In this document: one piece after another, positions 37,916 through 51,419 of the stretch
Numbering within the stretch: the stretch's first letter is position 1
How the letters are laid out: each line of letters begins with the position of its first letter
Origin: an uncultured Chloroflexia bacterium
GTDB lineage: Bacteria; Chloroflexota; Limnocylindria; Limnocylindrales; CSP1-4
Length of the DNA: 64,000 nt
Assembly (NCBI GenBank): GCA_963833225.1
Contig: CAWHXD010000014.1
Location: 32,001-96,000, forward strand
Reading direction: 5' to 3'
The notes under the pieces: model-generated
Databases searched by the model: none
Seen by the model: only the letters and a program-made list of their open reading frames with translations
Told to the model about the DNA's origin: nothing
Made by a program: the position numbers and the translations under genes

Positions 37916-38545
37916 CTAGGGGGCCGGCACCCCCGCGTACACCGGTGACGTCACCAGCGTGATGGACGACAGCGGCCAGTAGCGAAGCGCGCCGCGCCCG
38001 ATCACGCTCGAGATCGGGATCGGCCCGAACGACCGCGAATTGGCCGACTCCATGCGGTGGTCGCCCATCACGAACAGCTCGCCCGGCCCGATCGTCCAGG
38101 TGTCGCCATCGCCCGGCATCGTCGGCTCAGGCGTGCCGTCGTTGCCGACGTAGAGGTAGGGCTCGTCGAGCGCGACGCCGTTCACGAAGACCCGCCCGTC
38201 GTGGATCTCGACCAGGTCGCCGGGCTCGCCGATCACGCGCTTGATGTACGGCTCGGGCTGGCTGGTCCACTCGGGCGGCGGTGCGAATACGACGACGTCA
38301 CCCCGTGAGTAGGCGTCCCAGCGCGGTGAGAGCTTGTCGATCAGCACGTAGTCGCCCTGCTCGAAGGTTCGCTCCATCGAGAACTGCTCCACCTGGAACG
38401 GCTGGGCCACGAACCACTGGATGCCGAAGAACAGCACGAGCGTGAGGGCGACCGTCTGCACGATCTCGATCAGCCAGCTGGTCGCCCGGCCCCGGCGATG
38501 CGGCGGCGGTTCCGGCTGTTCCTGGGCGTCGATCACGGGATCCAT
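37916..38545 (-). CDS. lepB: Signal peptidase I
   Basis: SME, RGDVVVF, YIKRVIG and MGDHR..S..SR motifs. Confidence 0.92.
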   Translation of the reverse strand: MDPVIDAQEQPEPPPHRRGRATSWLIEIVQTVALTLVLFFGIQWFVAQPFQVEQFSMERTFEQGDYVLIDKLSPRWDAYSRGDVVVFAPPPEWTSQPEPYIKRVIGEPGDLVEIHDGRVFVNGVALDEPYLYVGNDGTPEPTMPGDGDTWTIGPGELFVMGDHRMESANSRSFGPIPISSVIGRGALRYWPLSSITLVTSPVYAGVPAP

Positions 38546-38694
38546 GGCACCTCGGTGGTCTGCCGGCGCGTGCTCCGGCCGTGCTCAGGGTACGGGCTCG
38601 CGACCGGACCTGCCGTCGGCGGCGTTTCCCGGCGGCCGACCGTGGGAGAATAGAAGCCCCAAACGCCGCGCCCGAGCTCCAGGAGGTCCTCGCC

Positions 38695-40032
38695 GTGTCC
38701 CAGGCCACCGTGTCGTCCGCCGCGTGGGCGCCAATCGCCGAGGTGGACCCGGAGCTGTGGGCCGCGATGGAGGCGGAGCGTCGCCGGCAGCGGGACAAGA
38801 TCGAGCTGATCGCGAGCGAGAACTACGTGTTCGCCGCCGTGGAGGAGGCGCAGGGCTCCTGGCTCACCAACAAGTACGCCGAGGGCCTGCCGGGCAAGCG
38901 CTACTACGGCGGCTGCGAGCACGTGGACATCGTGGAGGACCTGGCCCGAAGCCGCGCCCTGGCCCTGTTCCCGGGCTCGGACCACGTCAACGTCCAGCCG
39001 CACAGTGGGGCCCAGGCCAACATGGCCGCCTACTTCGCGGTCCTGCGGCCGGGCGACCGGATCCTGGGCATGAGCCTCGCGCATGGCGGACATCTCACGC
39101 ACGGGTCGCCGGTCAACTTCAGCGGCCGGCTGTACGAGGTCCACGCCTACGGCGTCGACCGCGAGACGGAGCGGATCGACTACGACGCGCTGGAGGCGCA
39201 GGCCGCGGAGGTCCGACCCAAGGTGCTGGTCGCCGGCGCGTCCGCCTACCCGCGGACGTGGGACTTCGAGCGCATGGCCGACATCGCCCACGGCGTCGGC
39301 GCCCTCCTGTTCGTGGACATGGCGCACTTCGCGGGCCTGGTCGCCGCCGGGCTCCACCCGAGCCCGTTCCCGCACGCGGACCTCGTGACGAGCACGACCC
39401 ACAAGACCCTCCGGGGGCCCCGCGGCGGTCTCCTGTTCGCGCGCGCGGACCTGCCCGAGAGCGTCAGCCGTGAGGACTTCCCGGCCCTCGGCAAGAACAC
39501 CCTCGCCCAGGCGATCGACAAGAGCGTGTTCCCGGGCGTCCAGGGTGGTCCCCTGATGCACGTGATCGCGGCCAAGGCGGTCGCGTTCCAGCTTGCGGCC
39601 ACCGAGGCGTTCCGCCGGGACCAGGCGCGGACGATCGAGAACTCGCAGGTCCTCACCGGCACGATGGCCGATGCGGGCGCCCGGGTCGTGAGCGGCGGGA
39701 CCGACAACCACCTCGCGCTGGTGGACGTGACGCCGCTGGGCGTGACCGGCCGTGACGCGGAGGCGCTGCTCGACGATGTCGGCATCACGGTCAACAAGAA
39801 CGCCATCCCGTTTGACCAGAACCCGCCCAACATCGCGTCCGGCATCCGGATCGGCACACCCGCCACCACGACCCGTGGGATGGGGCCCGACGAGATGCGC
39901 TCGATCGGCCACCTCATCGTGGAAGCCATCAAGGACCGCGGCCAGGCCGCCGTCGGGGAGCGGATCCGCGAGGACGTGCGCGAGCTCGTGAGCCGGTTCC
40001 CGGTTCCCGGGCTGCCACGCGATCGTGACTAG
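38695..40032 (+). CDS. glyA: Serine hydroxymethyltransferase
   Basis: LIASEN, NKYAEG, GGHLTHG and [12 protein letters not shown] motifs; AGGAGG RBS. Confidence 0.97.
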   Translation: MSQATVSSAAWAPIAEVDPELWAAMEAERRRQRDKIELIASENYVFAAVEEAQGSWLTNKYAEGLPGKRYYGGCEHVDIVEDLARSRALALFPGSDHVNVQPHSGAQANMAAYFAVLRPGDRILGMSLAHGGHLTHGSPVNFSGRLYEVHAYGVDRETERIDYDALEAQAAEVRPKVLVAGASAYPRTWDFERMADIAHGVGALLFVDMAHFAGLVAAGLHPSPFPHADLVTSTTHKTLRGPRGGLLFARADLPESVSREDFPALGKNTLAQAIDKSVFPGVQGGPLMHVIAAKAVAFQLAATEAFRRDQARTIENSQVLTGTMADAGARVVSGGTDNHLALVDVTPLGVTGRDAEALLDDVGITVNKNAIPFDQNPPNIASGIRIGTPATTTRGMGPDEMRSIGHLIVEAIKDRGQAAVGERIREDVRELVSRFPVPGLPRDRD

Positions 40033-40047
40033 GAGGCACACCCGCCG

Positions 40048-41163
40048 ATGCGGCTGATCCCGGGCATCTGGGACTACGTGCCGCTGCTCGTCGCCGCGTT
40101 CGTCGCGGCGGCGGTGCTCTCGCTGGTGCTGACGCCCCTCGTCCGCCGGGTCGCCGTCCGCCTCGACAACATCGATCGGCCCGAGGATCGCCGGGTCAAC
40201 GAGGCGCCGATCCCGCGCGGTGGCGGGGTTGCGGTGGCGATCTCGTTTCTCGTGATCGCGGTTGGCGGGATCGTGCTCAACGAGCAGACAGAGGCGATCC
40301 CGATCCCCCGCTCGATGGAATCGACCGAGCTCGTGGGCCTCCTGCTGGGCGGCGCCGTCGCGACGGTGCTGGGCGTGCTGGACGACACCTTCCAGCTCCG
40401 TGCCCGCTGGCAGCTGCTGGGCCAGCTGGGGCTCGCCGCCATGGCGCTCGTGGCCGGCGTCACCGTGAACAACATCAACAATCCGTTTGGGCCCGGGAGC
40501 ATCAGCCTGGTCGGGCCGTACGCGATCGGGTTCACCACCCTGTGGATCGCCGGGATGATCAACAGCATCAACTTCATCGACGGGCTCGACGGGCTCTCGT
40601 CGGGGATCGCGCTGATCGCGGCCGCCACCCTGGGGCTGATCTCGCTGACCGTCGTCGTCGCCCAGCCGTTCATCGGCATCCTGTGCTTCGGCCTCGCCGG
40701 CGCGCTGCTCGGGTTCCTGCGCTGGAACTTCCACCCGGCCTCGATCTTCATCGGGACCAGCGGGGTCATGTTCGTGGGCTACACGCTCGCGGTGCTGTCG
40801 ATCCTGGGCACGGCCAAGGTCGCCGTTGCCCTGCTGGTGCTGGGCGTCCCGATCATCGACACCTTCTGGATCATCGTCCGGCGCCTTGGCACCGGGCACT
40901 CGCCGTTCACGCCCGACCGCGGGCACATCCACCATCGGCTGCTGGACCTGGGGCTGTCGCATAGCCAGACGGTGCTGGTCATCTACGGCCTGTGCCTCGC
41001 GCTCGCGGTGCTCTCGTTCTTCCTGTCCGGCACCGGGCAGCTGTACGCGTTCATGGGCCTGGCCGTGGTGTTCGGTTTGGTGCTGTTCCTGGTGACCCGC
41101 AACGAGACGAGCAACGCCCTCGAGGCCGAGACGTACGAGGAGGAGCCAGGCCCCGGCGGATGA
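40048..41163 (+). CDS. MraY/WecA/TagO-family undecaprenyl-phosphate GlcNAc-1-P transferase
   Basis: PRGGG, GVLDD, NFIDGLDGL, NFHPA and HIHHRL motifs. Confidence 0.9.
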   Translation: MRLIPGIWDYVPLLVAAFVAAAVLSLVLTPLVRRVAVRLDNIDRPEDRRVNEAPIPRGGGVAVAISFLVIAVGGIVLNEQTEAIPIPRSMESTELVGLLLGGAVATVLGVLDDTFQLRARWQLLGQLGLAAMALVAGVTVNNINNPFGPGSISLVGPYAIGFTTLWIAGMINSINFIDGLDGLSSGIALIAAATLGLISLTVVVAQPFIGILCFGLAGALLGFLRWNFHPASIFIGTSGVMFVGYTLAVLSILGTAKVAVALLVLGVPIIDTFWIIVRRLGTGHSPFTPDRGHIHHRLLDLGLSHSQTVLVIYGLCLALAVLSFFLSGTGQLYAFMGLAVVFGLVLFLVTRNETSNALEAETYEEEPGPGG

Positions 41164-41346
41164 CGCGCCGGTGCTGTCGCCGGGCCGCGCTTCGCCGGCG
41201 TCGCCACCGGGTCGCAGCTCGCTCGCGCCAGCCGCGCTGCTGCGAACCCACCCTCGCGGATAGGGCAAACGGCGGACCACGGCTGCGCCTGCCCCGAGTG
41301 CTAGGATCCTCGCGCCGGGCCCGGGAGCCTGGCACAACGAGGGGCC

Positions 41347-42542
41347 ATGTCTCCGCTCCAGGCAGCGATCGTCATCCTCATCGCAGTCATCGTGGCGGCC
41401 GGGATCGTCATGGTGCTGCTGCGCACCCGCCGGAAGCGGCATGTGGTGGAGGAGGCCGCGGCCGTCAACGAGGCGATCCCCCAGCTGTCCGAGGAGGACA
41501 TCGCCTACCGGATCGGGCTGTCCGATCGCCCGGCCGCCGCCGCCGCGGCCGCCGCCGCCGCCGAGGCCGCCCACGCCGCTGCCGCGTTCGCCGCCGCCGC
41601 GGCCACGGCCGCCGCCGCATTTGCCGACGCGGAGGCCGAGGTCGAGCAGGAGTTCGGGATCAGGCCCCCGGGTGTGTCCGCCGCCGCGGCTCCCGAGATC
41701 TTCGCCACCGCCGCGGCTCCCGAGCTTGCCGCCGCGGCCCCCGAGCTTGTCGTCGTCGCCGCGGCTCCCGAGCTTGCCGCCACCACCCCGAGCGTCGAGG
41801 AGCCGGTCAGCGACGAGGTCGCCGCGGCCCGTGCCGCGATCCGTGCTGCCTCGATGGCGCCCGTCGTGCCCGCCGGGGTCCGTGAGCGGGCCGCCGAGCC
41901 ACCGCCGCCGGTCTCCAACCGGTACCGGCTCTGGCGAGACTCCGCCGCGGTGCTGCTGGTGCTGTCGATCCTCGTCCTGGGAGCGACGACGATCGTCCCG
42001 GGGCTCGTCTCGGGCCCGGGTCCCACCGAATCGCCGACGAGCGAGGCCATCGTCATCATGCCCAGCCCGTCCCGCACGCCGGGCCCCTCGCCATCCCCCT
42101 CGCCATCCCCTCGCCATCCCCCTCGCCCTCGCCATCGCCCAGCCCCTCGCCGTCCCCCTCGCCCAGCGCCGCCCCCACACCGACCAAGACCCCCAAGCCG
42201 ACCCCGAAGCCCACGCGCAAGCCCACGCCCAAGCCGACCCCCAAGCCCACGCCCAAGCCGACCCTCAAGCCGACCCCCAAGCCCACGGCGGCGCCCGTGG
42301 TCGCCAAGATCAAGAGCATGGATTGCAGGAACACCAAGAAGTGGTCCTTCACAGCGAAGACCGGGACTGCTGATTGGGTCTACCGGTGGTGGTTTGACGG
42401 AGCCGGTCCGTTTCGCGGCAGCAGCGTCAGCTACAAGGACTGGCTCCCCTTTGAGGGACCCGGTCACACGGTGGTGCTCAAGGTGACTGGCAAGAAGGGC
42501 AGTGACCAAGCCTTCACGACGGTCACCACGCCCTGCCCGTAG
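41347..42542 (+). CDS. Hypothetical two-TM protein with Ala-rich region, Pro/Thr/Lys linker and small beta-rich (PKD-like) C-terminal domain; frameshift near 42110
   Basis: TM segments at the N-terminus and mid-protein; KPTP repeats lead into ORF 42297..42542 (YRWWFDG...HTVVLKVTG). Confidence 0.6.
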
Positions 42543-42648
42543 CCTGCGTCGCGCGGACGGTCCCACCCGGACGATCCACCCGCCTGCCGAACCCGGACCG
42601 TATCCGTGTCGCATCCTTGCCGCATCATTTCGGACTCCAAGTGCCCTC

Positions 42649-42657
42649 TGGTATAGT
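42649..42657 (+). promoter_or_regulatory. Extended -10 promoter of the atp operon
   Basis: TGGTATAGT about 25 nt upstream of the first atp gene. Confidence 0.5.
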
Positions 42658-42681
42658 CACCCGCGCGGTGAACGGTCGTCC

Positions 42682-42897
42682 ATGAACACCGGTATCGGAG
42701 CGTATGTCGCGCTCTACTCCGAGATCGGCGTGCTCCTCCTTGTGACGACCCTCGCCGGGGTTGCGGCGGGCTACTGGCTCGACCAGCAGCTGGGGACCGT
42801 GCCGATCTTCGTCCTCGTCGGCTTTCTGGCCGGCGCGGGGATCGGAGCGGTCGGGATCGCGCGCCTGATCACACGGTTCCTGAAGCGGTTCGAGTGA
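42682..42897 (+). CDS. AtpZ/AtpI-family protein
   Basis: GYWLDQQLGTVP motif, two TM helices, first gene of the atp operon. Confidence 0.8.
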   Translation: MNTGIGAYVALYSEIGVLLLVTTLAGVAAGYWLDQQLGTVPIFVLVGFLAGAGIGAVGIARLITRFLKRFE

Positions 42898-43000
42898 ACA
42901 ACCGGCCACGGAACGGGCTCGACGACACGCGGCTGCGGCCGCGCGACTGACTGCTTGGAGGAAACGTGACGAGGGACCCGCGGACGGCGGAACCGCGAGC

Positions 43001-43981
43001 ATGAGCAACCGGACCCGGATCCTGCTCCTGCTCGGCACCGTGCTGCTCGTCGACGTCCTCGCGTTCATGTTCTTCCCACCCCAGGCGAAGGAAGACCCCG
43101 CCGCCGCGTGTGCGTTCCCCGCCTGCTACATCGACGGAAACCTTGAGCTCCCGGCACCCGTCGTCCTCGCTCGCCTGAACGGGCCGGCCGACGAGGCGCC
43201 CACCGGGCTGATCGTGTTCGACATCAGCATCTCGTCGACGATCCTCACCATGTGGATCGTGACCGCCCTGGTCATCGTCCTGCTGTTCGTGCTCACGCGG
43301 GGCCGGGCAATGCTTCCGGGCAGGGCCCAGAACGCGATCGAGTACGTGTACGAGCTGATCGAGGGGTTCGGGATGTCGATCGGAGGTCCGGCGGCCAAGC
43401 CCTACATCCCGCTGTTCGCGGCATTCTTCCTCTACATCCTGTTGTCCAACTGGAGCGGCCTCATCCCGCCGATCGGCAAGATCGAGCAGCTGCGCGCTCC
43501 GACAAGCGACGTGAACATCACCATCGGCCTGGCCGTGGTCGCGTTCCTGTTCTTCGAGTACCAGGGCTTCCGGAAGCTTGGGGTCCGGGGATACCTGGGC
43601 AAGTTCTTCCCGATCGGGGAGTTCCGCAAGGGGCTGGGTGCGGGGATCATCGCGATGTTCGTCGGGCTGGTCGAGTTCTTCCTCGAGTTCGTGAAGCCCG
43701 TCACGCTGTCGATGCGACTCTTCGGCAACATCTATGGCGGCGAGGTCGCGCTGGGCGTGATGACCGCCCTGACCATCGCGGTCGTCCCCATGGCGATCAT
43801 CGCGCTGGAGCTGATGCTCAACCTGGTCCAGGCACTGATCTTCAGCACCCTCACCCTCATGTTCACCCTGGCCGCGATCGAGCATCACGGCGATGAGGAG
43901 CACGCGGAGGGCGTGGACCATTCACTCGAGCCCGCCGCCTGGCCGGTCGACCCGGACGTGGTCGTCGGCGGGGCGCATTGA
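43001..43981 (+). CDS. atpB: F0F1 ATP synthase subunit a
   Basis: PTSDVN, LSMRLFGN and VQALIF motifs. Confidence 0.95.
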   Translation: MSNRTRILLLLGTVLLVDVLAFMFFPPQAKEDPAAACAFPACYIDGNLELPAPVVLARLNGPADEAPTGLIVFDISISSTILTMWIVTALVIVLLFVLTRGRAMLPGRAQNAIEYVYELIEGFGMSIGGPAAKPYIPLFAAFFLYILLSNWSGLIPPIGKIEQLRAPTSDVNITIGLAVVAFLFFEYQGFRKLGVRGYLGKFFPIGEFRKGLGAGIIAMFVGLVEFFLEFVKPVTLSMRLFGNIYGGEVALGVMTALTIAVVPMAIIALELMLNLVQALIFSTLTLMFTLAAIEHHGDEEHAEGVDHSLEPAAWPVDPDVVVGGAH

Positions 43982-44039
43982 CCACCCACAGGCACTGAAC
44001 CCGGTGCAACAGCCGGGACCACGGAGGGAACAGGACACC

Positions 44040-44252
44040 ATGGAGCACTTCGGCGCAGGCATCGCGGCCCTCGGTGTGATCGGCCCCGGCATCGGGATCG
44101 GCATCCTCACCGGCATGTCCGCCAGCGCGATCGGGCGCAACCCCGATGCGGCTGGCCAGATCCGCGGCTTGGCGATCATTCTCGCCGGCTTCGCAGAGGG
44201 CCTCGGCGTCCTCGCGGTGGTCGTCGGCCTGCTTGCCATCTTCATCAAGTAG
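44040..44252 (+). CDS. atpE: F0F1 ATP synthase subunit c
   Basis: GxGxG, RNP loop and FAEG carboxylate (H+-type signature). Confidence 0.95.
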   Translation: MEHFGAGIAALGVIGPGIGIGILTGMSASAIGRNPDAAGQIRGLAIILAGFAEGLGVLAVVVGLLAIFIK

Positions 44253-44273
44253 CCACGGGACGAGACGACGACC

Positions 44274-44844
44274 GTGGATACCCTCGCCCTCATCGGTGAG
44301 GCCGCCAGGCGGGCGGTCCAGCCGACAGTTGAGGGAGCTCCCGTCGAGTTCCAGATCAACCTGTTCTGGGTCATCGTCAGCGCCGCCAACTTCGTCGTCT
44401 TCTTCCTGATCGTCAGGTCCGTGGCATTCAAGGGTCTGACCGACACGCTCGAGACCCGGCGCTCGCGCCTTGAGCAGGGTCTCCAGGACGCGGAGCAGGC
44501 CCGGAAGGACCGTGAGTCTGCCGAGCAGGAGCGCCTGGCGGCCCTCCAGGAGGCCCGTCGGGAGGCCAACGAGATCATCAACCGCGCCCAGAAGGTTGCG
44601 TCCGAGATCCCGCGAGGCGGACATCGCCGCCACCCGCGAGGAGCTCGGCCGGCTCAGGGAGCGCGCGTCGGCCGAGATCGACACTGAGAAGCAGCGGGCC
44701 ATCGCCGAGCTGCGCGCCGAGGTCACCGACCTCGCGCTCGCGGCTGCCGGGCGGGTGGTCGGTGACTCGATGACCTCGGATCGCCAGCGCAGGCTGGTGG
44801 CCGACTTCCTGGCCGATTCCGCCACCGGCGGGTCGAACAACTGA
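44274..44844 (+). CDS. atpF: F0F1 ATP synthase subunit b (frameshift near 44609)
   Basis: NFVVF TM segment then coiled coil; continues in ORF 44470..44844. Confidence 0.88.
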
Positions 44845-45396
44845 TGAGCAGGCCCGTCTCCGCCGCCCGGCGCTACGCAGAGGCCGCCTTCGAGGTGGCC
44901 CTCGCGGAGAACCAGCTGGACCGGTGGCAGGCCGACCTCGCGCGCCGCCGTCACGATGCTCGGCCGTTCCGACGTGGAGCCGACCGTGCACAGCCCGGCG
45001 ATTCCGCTCAAGGAGCGGGTGGAGATCGTGCGCCAGCTGCTGGAGCCCCGGATCGCCCGAGGACCCCTGCGCCTGGTCACCCTCCTCGTGGAGCGCGGCA
45101 AGGTTCACGCCCTGCCGCGGATCAGCGAGGAATACGCCCGACTGCTCAACAGGCACCGCGGGGTGGTCATGGCGACCGTCACCAGTGCCGTGCCCCTCAC
45201 CGACGACGAGACCGCCGCGATCCGGACCCGGGTCGAGGCGATGGCCGGCGCCACGGTGGAGCTCACCGAGAAGGTCGAACCCGACCTGCTTGGCGGGCTG
45301 ACCATCCAGGTGCGCGACCAGCTGCTCGACGCCTCCATCCGCGGCCGCCTCGAGCGGCTGCGAGACCAGCTCCACGCGGGCACCCGCTCCCGCTAG
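44844..45396 (+). CDS. atpH: F0F1 ATP synthase subunit delta (frameshift near 44943)
   Basis: ARRYAEA N-terminus; VTSAVPL, LLGGL and DASI C-terminus. Confidence 0.9.
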
Positions 45397-45416
45397 CCCG
45401 CTTCAACGGAGACGCC

Positions 45417-46949
45417 ATGGCCATCCGGTCTGACGAGATCATCAGCATCATCAAGAGCCAGATCGCCGACTTCGACAGCACCACGGAGACCCGCAGCGTC
45501 GGGACCGTTGTCGAGGTGGGTGACGGCATCGCCCAGGTCTATGGCCTGGATGCGGCCCTGTCGTCCGAGCTGCTCGAGTTCCCCGGCGGGGTGATGGGCA
45601 TGGCCCTCAACCTCGAGGAGGAGACGGTCGGCGCGGTCATCCTGGGCAACGCCACCGCCATCAAGGAGGGCGACATCGTCCGGACGACCGGTCGTGTCGC
45701 CGAGGTCCCGGTCGGGGCAGCCCTGCTGGGCCGCGTCGTGGACCCGCTGGGCAACGCGCTCGACGGCAAGGGTGACATCCCGCGCACGAAGACGCGCCCG
45801 GTGGAGCGCATCGCCCCCGGCGTCATCACCCGCCAGGGGGTGGACACGCCGGTCCAGACGGGCATCAAGGCCGTGGACGCCCTGATCCCCATCGGCCGTG
45901 GCCAGCGCGAGCTCATCATCGGCGACCGCCAGACCGGCAAGACGGCCATCGCCATCGACACGATCATCAACCAGAAGGACGGCGACCTGGTCTGCATCTA
46001 CGTCGCGATCGGGCAGAAGCTGTCCACCGTGGCGCAGACCGTGGCCACGCTCGAGAAGTTCGGCGCCATGGAGCACACGATCGTCGTGGTCGCCGGCGCC
46101 GACGATCCGGCCCCGCTCCAGTACCTCGCCCCCTACGCCGGCGTGGCGATGGGCGAGGAGGTCATGGAGACCGGGGTCGAGATCAACGGGAAGACCGTCA
46201 AGGACGCCCTGTGCGTCTACGACGACCTGTCCAAGCACGCCTGGGCCTACCGCGAGATGGCCCTGCTCCTCCGCCGGCCGCCCGGCCGCGAGGCGTACCC
46301 CGGCGACGTGTTCTACCTCCACAGCCGCCTGCTCGAGCGGGCGGCCCGCATGAACGACGAGAACGGCGGTGGCAGCCTCACGGCGCTGCCCATCATCGAG
46401 ACCCAGGCCAACGACGTGTCGGCCTACATCCCGACCAACGTGATCTCGATCACGGACGGCCAGATCTTCCTCGAGACCGACCTGTTCAACGCCGGTCAGC
46501 GGCCGGCCATGAACATCGGCATCTCCGTCTCCCGGGTGGGGTCCGCGGCCCAGACCAAGGCGATGAAGAAGGTGGCCGGCCCGCTCAAGCTGGACCTCGC
46601 GCAGTACCGCGCCCTGGCGGCGTTCGCCCAGTTCGCCGGCGACCTGGACAAGGCCACCCGGGACCAGCTCAACCGGGGTGAGAAGCTGTCCGAGATCGTC
46701 AAGCAGCCGCAGTACCAGCCGCTCCCCGTCGAGAAGCAGGTGGCGATCCTGGTGGCCGCCACGACTGGCAAGCTCGACGACATCCCCACCGCCCGCGTCA
46801 AGGAGTTCGAGACCCAGCTCTACCGCTTCCTCGAGACCGAGCGCCCGGAGATCCTCAAGGACCTCGCGGCCTCGAAGGCGCTGAGCGACGAGATCTCGGC
46901 CGCCCTCAATGACGCCATCGACGCCTTCCGGCAGTCGTTCCTCGCCTAG
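45417..46949 (+). CDS. atpA: F0F1 ATP synthase subunit alpha
   Basis: [13 protein letters not shown] and [20 protein letters not shown] motifs. Confidence 0.97.
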   Translation: MAIRSDEIISIIKSQIADFDSTTETRSVGTVVEVGDGIAQVYGLDAALSSELLEFPGGVMGMALNLEEETVGAVILGNATAIKEGDIVRTTGRVAEVPVGAALLGRVVDPLGNALDGKGDIPRTKTRPVERIAPGVITRQGVDTPVQTGIKAVDALIPIGRGQRELIIGDRQTGKTAIAIDTIINQKDGDLVCIYVAIGQKLSTVAQTVATLEKFGAMEHTIVVVAGADDPAPLQYLAPYAGVAMGEEVMETGVEINGKTVKDALCVYDDLSKHAWAYREMALLLRRPPGREAYPGDVFYLHSRLLERAARMNDENGGGSLTALPIIETQANDVSAYIPTNVISITDGQIFLETDLFNAGQRPAMNIGISVSRVGSAAQTKAMKKVAGPLKLDLAQYRALAAFAQFAGDLDKATRDQLNRGEKLSEIVKQPQYQPLPVEKQVAILVAATTGKLDDIPTARVKEFETQLYRFLETERPEILKDLAASKALSDEISAALNDAIDAFRQSFLA

Positions 46950-46951
46950 CC

Positions 46952-49254
<2,303 letters not shown>

Positions 49255-49272
49255 TCGACGTGAATCTCACCT

Positions 49273-49531
49273 CCGCTCTCGCCGCCCGGCTTCCGGCCGA
49301 TTCCAGTCACCTGCGGGCGACTGAGATCGGCCTGCATCCGGGCGCCTACGCGGAGGTGGTGTCTTCCCTCAGTCCCCTCACCGAGGGCCGCGCACGCCGG
49401 CCGCTCGTGCTCGGGAAGATCGGGGGTGGGGTCCATCACCGACGCAACGCAGGCCGCGTAGCCGGGTGGATGGCGGCCGATCTCAGTCCCGCAGGACTGG
49501 AATCGGACCGACAGCCGCACGGCGAGAGCGG
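49273..49531. repeat. 259-nt inverted-repeat (REP-doublet-like) insertion between atpD and atpC
   Basis: Arms of about 80 nt pair imperfectly; each arm is itself palindromic; CTAC at 49346 and GTAG at 49458. Confidence 0.8.
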
Positions 49532-49554
49532 CCGTTCGATCGGAGTGAATTGAC

Positions 49555-49983
49555 ATGCCGCTCCACCTTGAGATCGTCACTCCCGAGCGGCTGGCGTACT
49601 CGGACGAGGTTGACATGGTGCTCGTCCCCGGGATCGACGGCGAGCTCGGGATCCTGCCCCACCACACCCCGCTGGCAAGCCTGCTCGGCGTTGGCGAGCT
49701 CAAGATCCGCAAGGGCGGGGACGAGGAGACCTTCGCGATCGCCGGCGGGTTCCTGCAGGTCCGCCCGGACAAGGTCGTGGTCATGGCCGAGACGGCCGAG
49801 ATCGGGACCGAGATCGACCTCGAGCGGGCGCAGCGCGCGCGCGACGAGGCCGCGAAGGCGCTCGAGTCGGGGTACGTGGAGGGGGCGGACCTCTCGGCCG
49901 CCCGCGCGGAGCTGCAGCGGGCCCTGGTCCGCATCCGCGTCGCCGAGCACCGCCGCACGGAGGGCCGACGCACGCGGGGCTAG
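49555..49983 (+). CDS. atpC: F0F1 ATP synthase subunit epsilon
   Basis: IVTPER, GELGILPHH and GGFLQV motifs. Confidence 0.96.
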   Translation: MPLHLEIVTPERLAYSDEVDMVLVPGIDGELGILPHHTPLASLLGVGELKIRKGGDEETFAIAGGFLQVRPDKVVVMAETAEIGTEIDLERAQRARDEAAKALESGYVEGADLSAARAELQRALVRIRVAEHRRTEGRRTRG

Positions 49984-50004
49984 ACCCACGGTGGCGAGAT
50001 CTTG

Positions 50005-51336
50005 ATGACAGATACCAGGCCGTTCCACTGGGAGTACCACCCGGAGGCGCCGCCCCCGGAGGTATTCCGGATCGAGGGTGGGAAGCCGCTCCGGGGAACC
50101 GTGCGCGTCTCGGGGGCCAAGAACGCCGCCCTCAAGCTGTTGGCCGCCGCCGTGCTCACCGGCGAGCGGTGCCGGTTCGAGAACGTCCCCGAGATCCAGG
50201 ACGTGCGCGTGCTGACCGCGGTGCTGCAGGACCTGGGCGTGGTGGTGGATCACCCGGCGGACGGGGTCTACGAGATCGCGGCCGGTGACGTGGACTGGCT
50301 GTTCATCCCCCTCGAGGCGGCGGCCAAGATGCGTGCCTCGTTCATCCTGCTCGGTCCGCTGCTCGCCCGGTTTGGCCACGTGATCATCAGCAACCCGGGT
50401 GGCGACCGGATCGGCCGGCGGCCGGTCAACTTCCACGTGGATGCGATGCGTGCGCTCGGCGCCGAGGTGGACTACCGCAACGGCTACTACTTCGCCAAGG
50501 CGCCGGGCAGGCTCCGTGGCGCCGAGATCACGTTCCCGCAGGTCACGGTCATGGGCACCGAGAACGCGATGCTCGCGGCGTGCCTCGCGGACGGCACCAC
50601 GGTCATCCGTCCGGCCGCGCAGGAGCCGGAGGTGGACGACCTGATCGTGTTCCTGGGCGAGATGGGCGCCGATGTCGCGCGGACCGCGCCTGACACGATC
50701 GTCGTCCACGGCCGCCGGCGGCTCCGCGGCGCGAACCACACGGTGATGCCCGACCGGATCGAGACCGCCACCTTCCTCGTCGCCGCCGCGGTCACCGGTG
50801 GCCAGCTCACCCTCGAGGACGCGGCCTGTGACCATGTCGGCGCGCTGGTCGGGATCATGGGCCGGATGGGGGTCCCCGTCGCCTGCGGGCGGACGTCCAT
50901 CGAGATCGACGCCACGGGCCTCCGCCCCGGCGACCTGGTGGCATGCGACATCGAGACCGGGCCCTACCCGGGCCTCGCCACGGACGTCCAGCCGCCCGCG
51001 TGCGTGCTGCTGACCCAGGCGAGCGGCTCGTCCCGGGTGCACGAGACCGTGTTCGAGGACCGCATCGAGTGGCTCGCCGAGCTTCGCAAGCTGGGGGCCC
51101 GGATCGAGATCGTGGACGCCCACCACGCGTCGATCCAGGGCCCGACCCGCCTCCACGGCGCCGAGGTGTCCATCAGCGACCTGCGCGCCGGTGCCTCGCT
51201 GATCCTCGCCGCGCTCGCGGCCGATGGCCCTTCCCTCATCCACGGCGCGCACCACGTCCGCCGCGGGTACGAGAACATCGACCGCAAGTTCCAGCAGCTC
51301 GGCGCGAGCATCGTCTGGTCGGCCGACAGCGCCTGA
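50005..51336 (+). CDS. murA: UDP-N-acetylglucosamine 1-carboxyvinyltransferase (Asp at the fosfomycin-target Cys position)
   Basis: [30 protein letters not shown] and RGYE motifs. Confidence 0.93.
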   Translation: MTDTRPFHWEYHPEAPPPEVFRIEGGKPLRGTVRVSGAKNAALKLLAAAVLTGERCRFENVPEIQDVRVLTAVLQDLGVVVDHPADGVYEIAAGDVDWLFIPLEAAAKMRASFILLGPLLARFGHVIISNPGGDRIGRRPVNFHVDAMRALGAEVDYRNGYYFAKAPGRLRGAEITFPQVTVMGTENAMLAACLADGTTVIRPAAQEPEVDDLIVFLGEMGADVARTAPDTIVVHGRRRLRGANHTVMPDRIETATFLVAAAVTGGQLTLEDAACDHVGALVGIMGRMGVPVACGRTSIEIDATGLRPGDLVACDIETGPYPGLATDVQPPACVLLTQASGSSRVHETVFEDRIEWLAELRKLGARIEIVDAHHASIQGPTRLHGAEVSISDLRAGASLILAALAADGPSLIHGAHHVRRGYENIDRKFQQLGASIVWSADSA

Positions 51337-51419
51337 CCGTCACGCCCCGCCGCCCCCATCGACCCCTCCCGGGGCCATTCCCGGCCCTTCGACCCTCACG
51401 GAGTAGCATTCCCCCCGTC

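Noticed and set aside
38594-38680. ZMP/ZTP riboswitch upstream of glyA
   Set aside because: Only superficial similarity; the GACUG(G/A)CG pseudoknot strand and the P3 stem pairing are absent. An Rfam scan would settle it.
41259-41300. c-di-GMP-I riboswitch
   Set aside because: GGGCAAAC is present, but there is no GAAA tetraloop or GACGCAAAG motif.
38533-42180. Very long antisense ORFs (for example 1215 aa here, 986 aa at 8942 and 831 aa at 1082)
   Set aside because: Shadow ORFs opposite well-supported genes, caused by high-GC codon bias.
44844-46949. Apparent 701-aa delta-alpha ATP synthase fusion
   Set aside because: Produced by the atpH frameshift; atpA starts at 45417.
49260-49553. 97-aa ORF between atpD and atpC
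   Set aside because: No recognisable motifs, and it coincides with an inverted-repeat element.
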